A stretch of DNA of 63,506 nt, counting the filler, from Octopus bimaculoides (lineage: Eukaryota): NCBI RefSeq assembly GCF_001194135.2. It is 4 parts of 4 records of this genome, joined end to end, with 100 filler letters (N's around TTAATTAATTAA, not from the genome) between each part and the next. Parts side by side here need not be neighbours in the genome. Positions count along the whole stretch, not along the records: positions 56,762 to 63,506 come from NC_069000.1; 3 more parts are not named here. One strand, 5' to 3'. This document shows positions 63,105 through 63,506 of the stretch, in pieces. The translations under genes were made by a program, and so were the position numbers. Positions within the stretch are counted from its first letter, which is position 1; the number at the start of each line of letters is the position of its first letter. A model generated the notes under the pieces. It made no database searches and was not told the origin of the DNA. It saw nothing but the letters and a program-made list of their open reading frames with translations.

Positions 63105-63506
63105 ACTTAACTCGAAATGCTTAGCGGTGTTTCATCTGCCGCTACGTTCCGAGTTCAAATTCCGCCAAGGTCGACTTTGCCTTTCATCCTTTCGGGGTCG
63201 ATTAAATAAGTACCAGTTACGCACTGGGGAGCGATATAACCGATTTAATCCCTTTGTCTGTCCTTGCTTGTCCCCTGTGTGTGTAGCCCCTTGTGGGCAA
63301 TAAAGAAATAAGAAACGTTAGGAATGCCGGGCGAAATGCTTAGCGGTATTTCGTCTGTTTTTATTTTCTAAGTTCAAATTCCGCGGAGGTCGACTTTGCC
63401 TTTCATCCTTTCAGGATCGATAAATTAAGTACCAGTTGCGTACTGGGGACGATATAATCGACTGGCCCCACCTCCCCCAAAATGTCGGGCCTTGTGCCTA
63501 GAGTAG
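63105..63506 (+). mobile_element. Two adjacent SINE family B copies
   Basis: Both carry cgaaatgcttagcggt...gagttcaaattccgc...gtcgactttgcctttcatcc, CpGs intact. Confidence 0.85.

Overview
Eukaryotic, AT-rich, repeat-dense draft-assembly DNA with about 7.4 kb (~12%) of N gaps. The SINE repertoire and (TA/CA)n richness point to a cephalopod, probably Octopus (inference). The only gene I can identify with confidence is PIGN (GPI ethanolamine phosphate transferase 1, yeast MCD4) on the minus strand. I traced 18 in-frame coding exons by hand, from ATG at 42681 down to 18786 (1794 nt, 598 codons). All have GT-AG boundaries and matching phases, and one is a 22-nt micro-exon. The C-terminal ~330 aa are not visible. 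Three identical 100-bp artificial linkers (44 N + TTAATTAATTAA + 44 N) show the window is stitched from four pieces, so adjacency across them is uncertain. A CpG-rich YY1/ETS/NRF1-type promoter candidate lies at 43850-44340. An orphan plus-strand exon encoding a possible signal peptide plus RSKR lies at 15836-16022. The rest is mostly four SINE-like families, a mariner remnant, an RTE-like LINE fragment, hAT-type MITE ends, a GC-rich possible LTR/Gypsy relic and microsatellites. The most interesting signals are (1) a palindromic, tRNA-headed repeat whose copies together imply a minimal Penelope-type hammerhead ribozyme, (2) repeated fold-back inverted duplications, several inside PIGN introns, and (3) a sharp CpG-decay footprint confined to the PIGN gene body. 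I see no solid evidence of a new protein-coding system. Nearly all long ORFs in the supplied track are N-gap or microsatellite artefacts.
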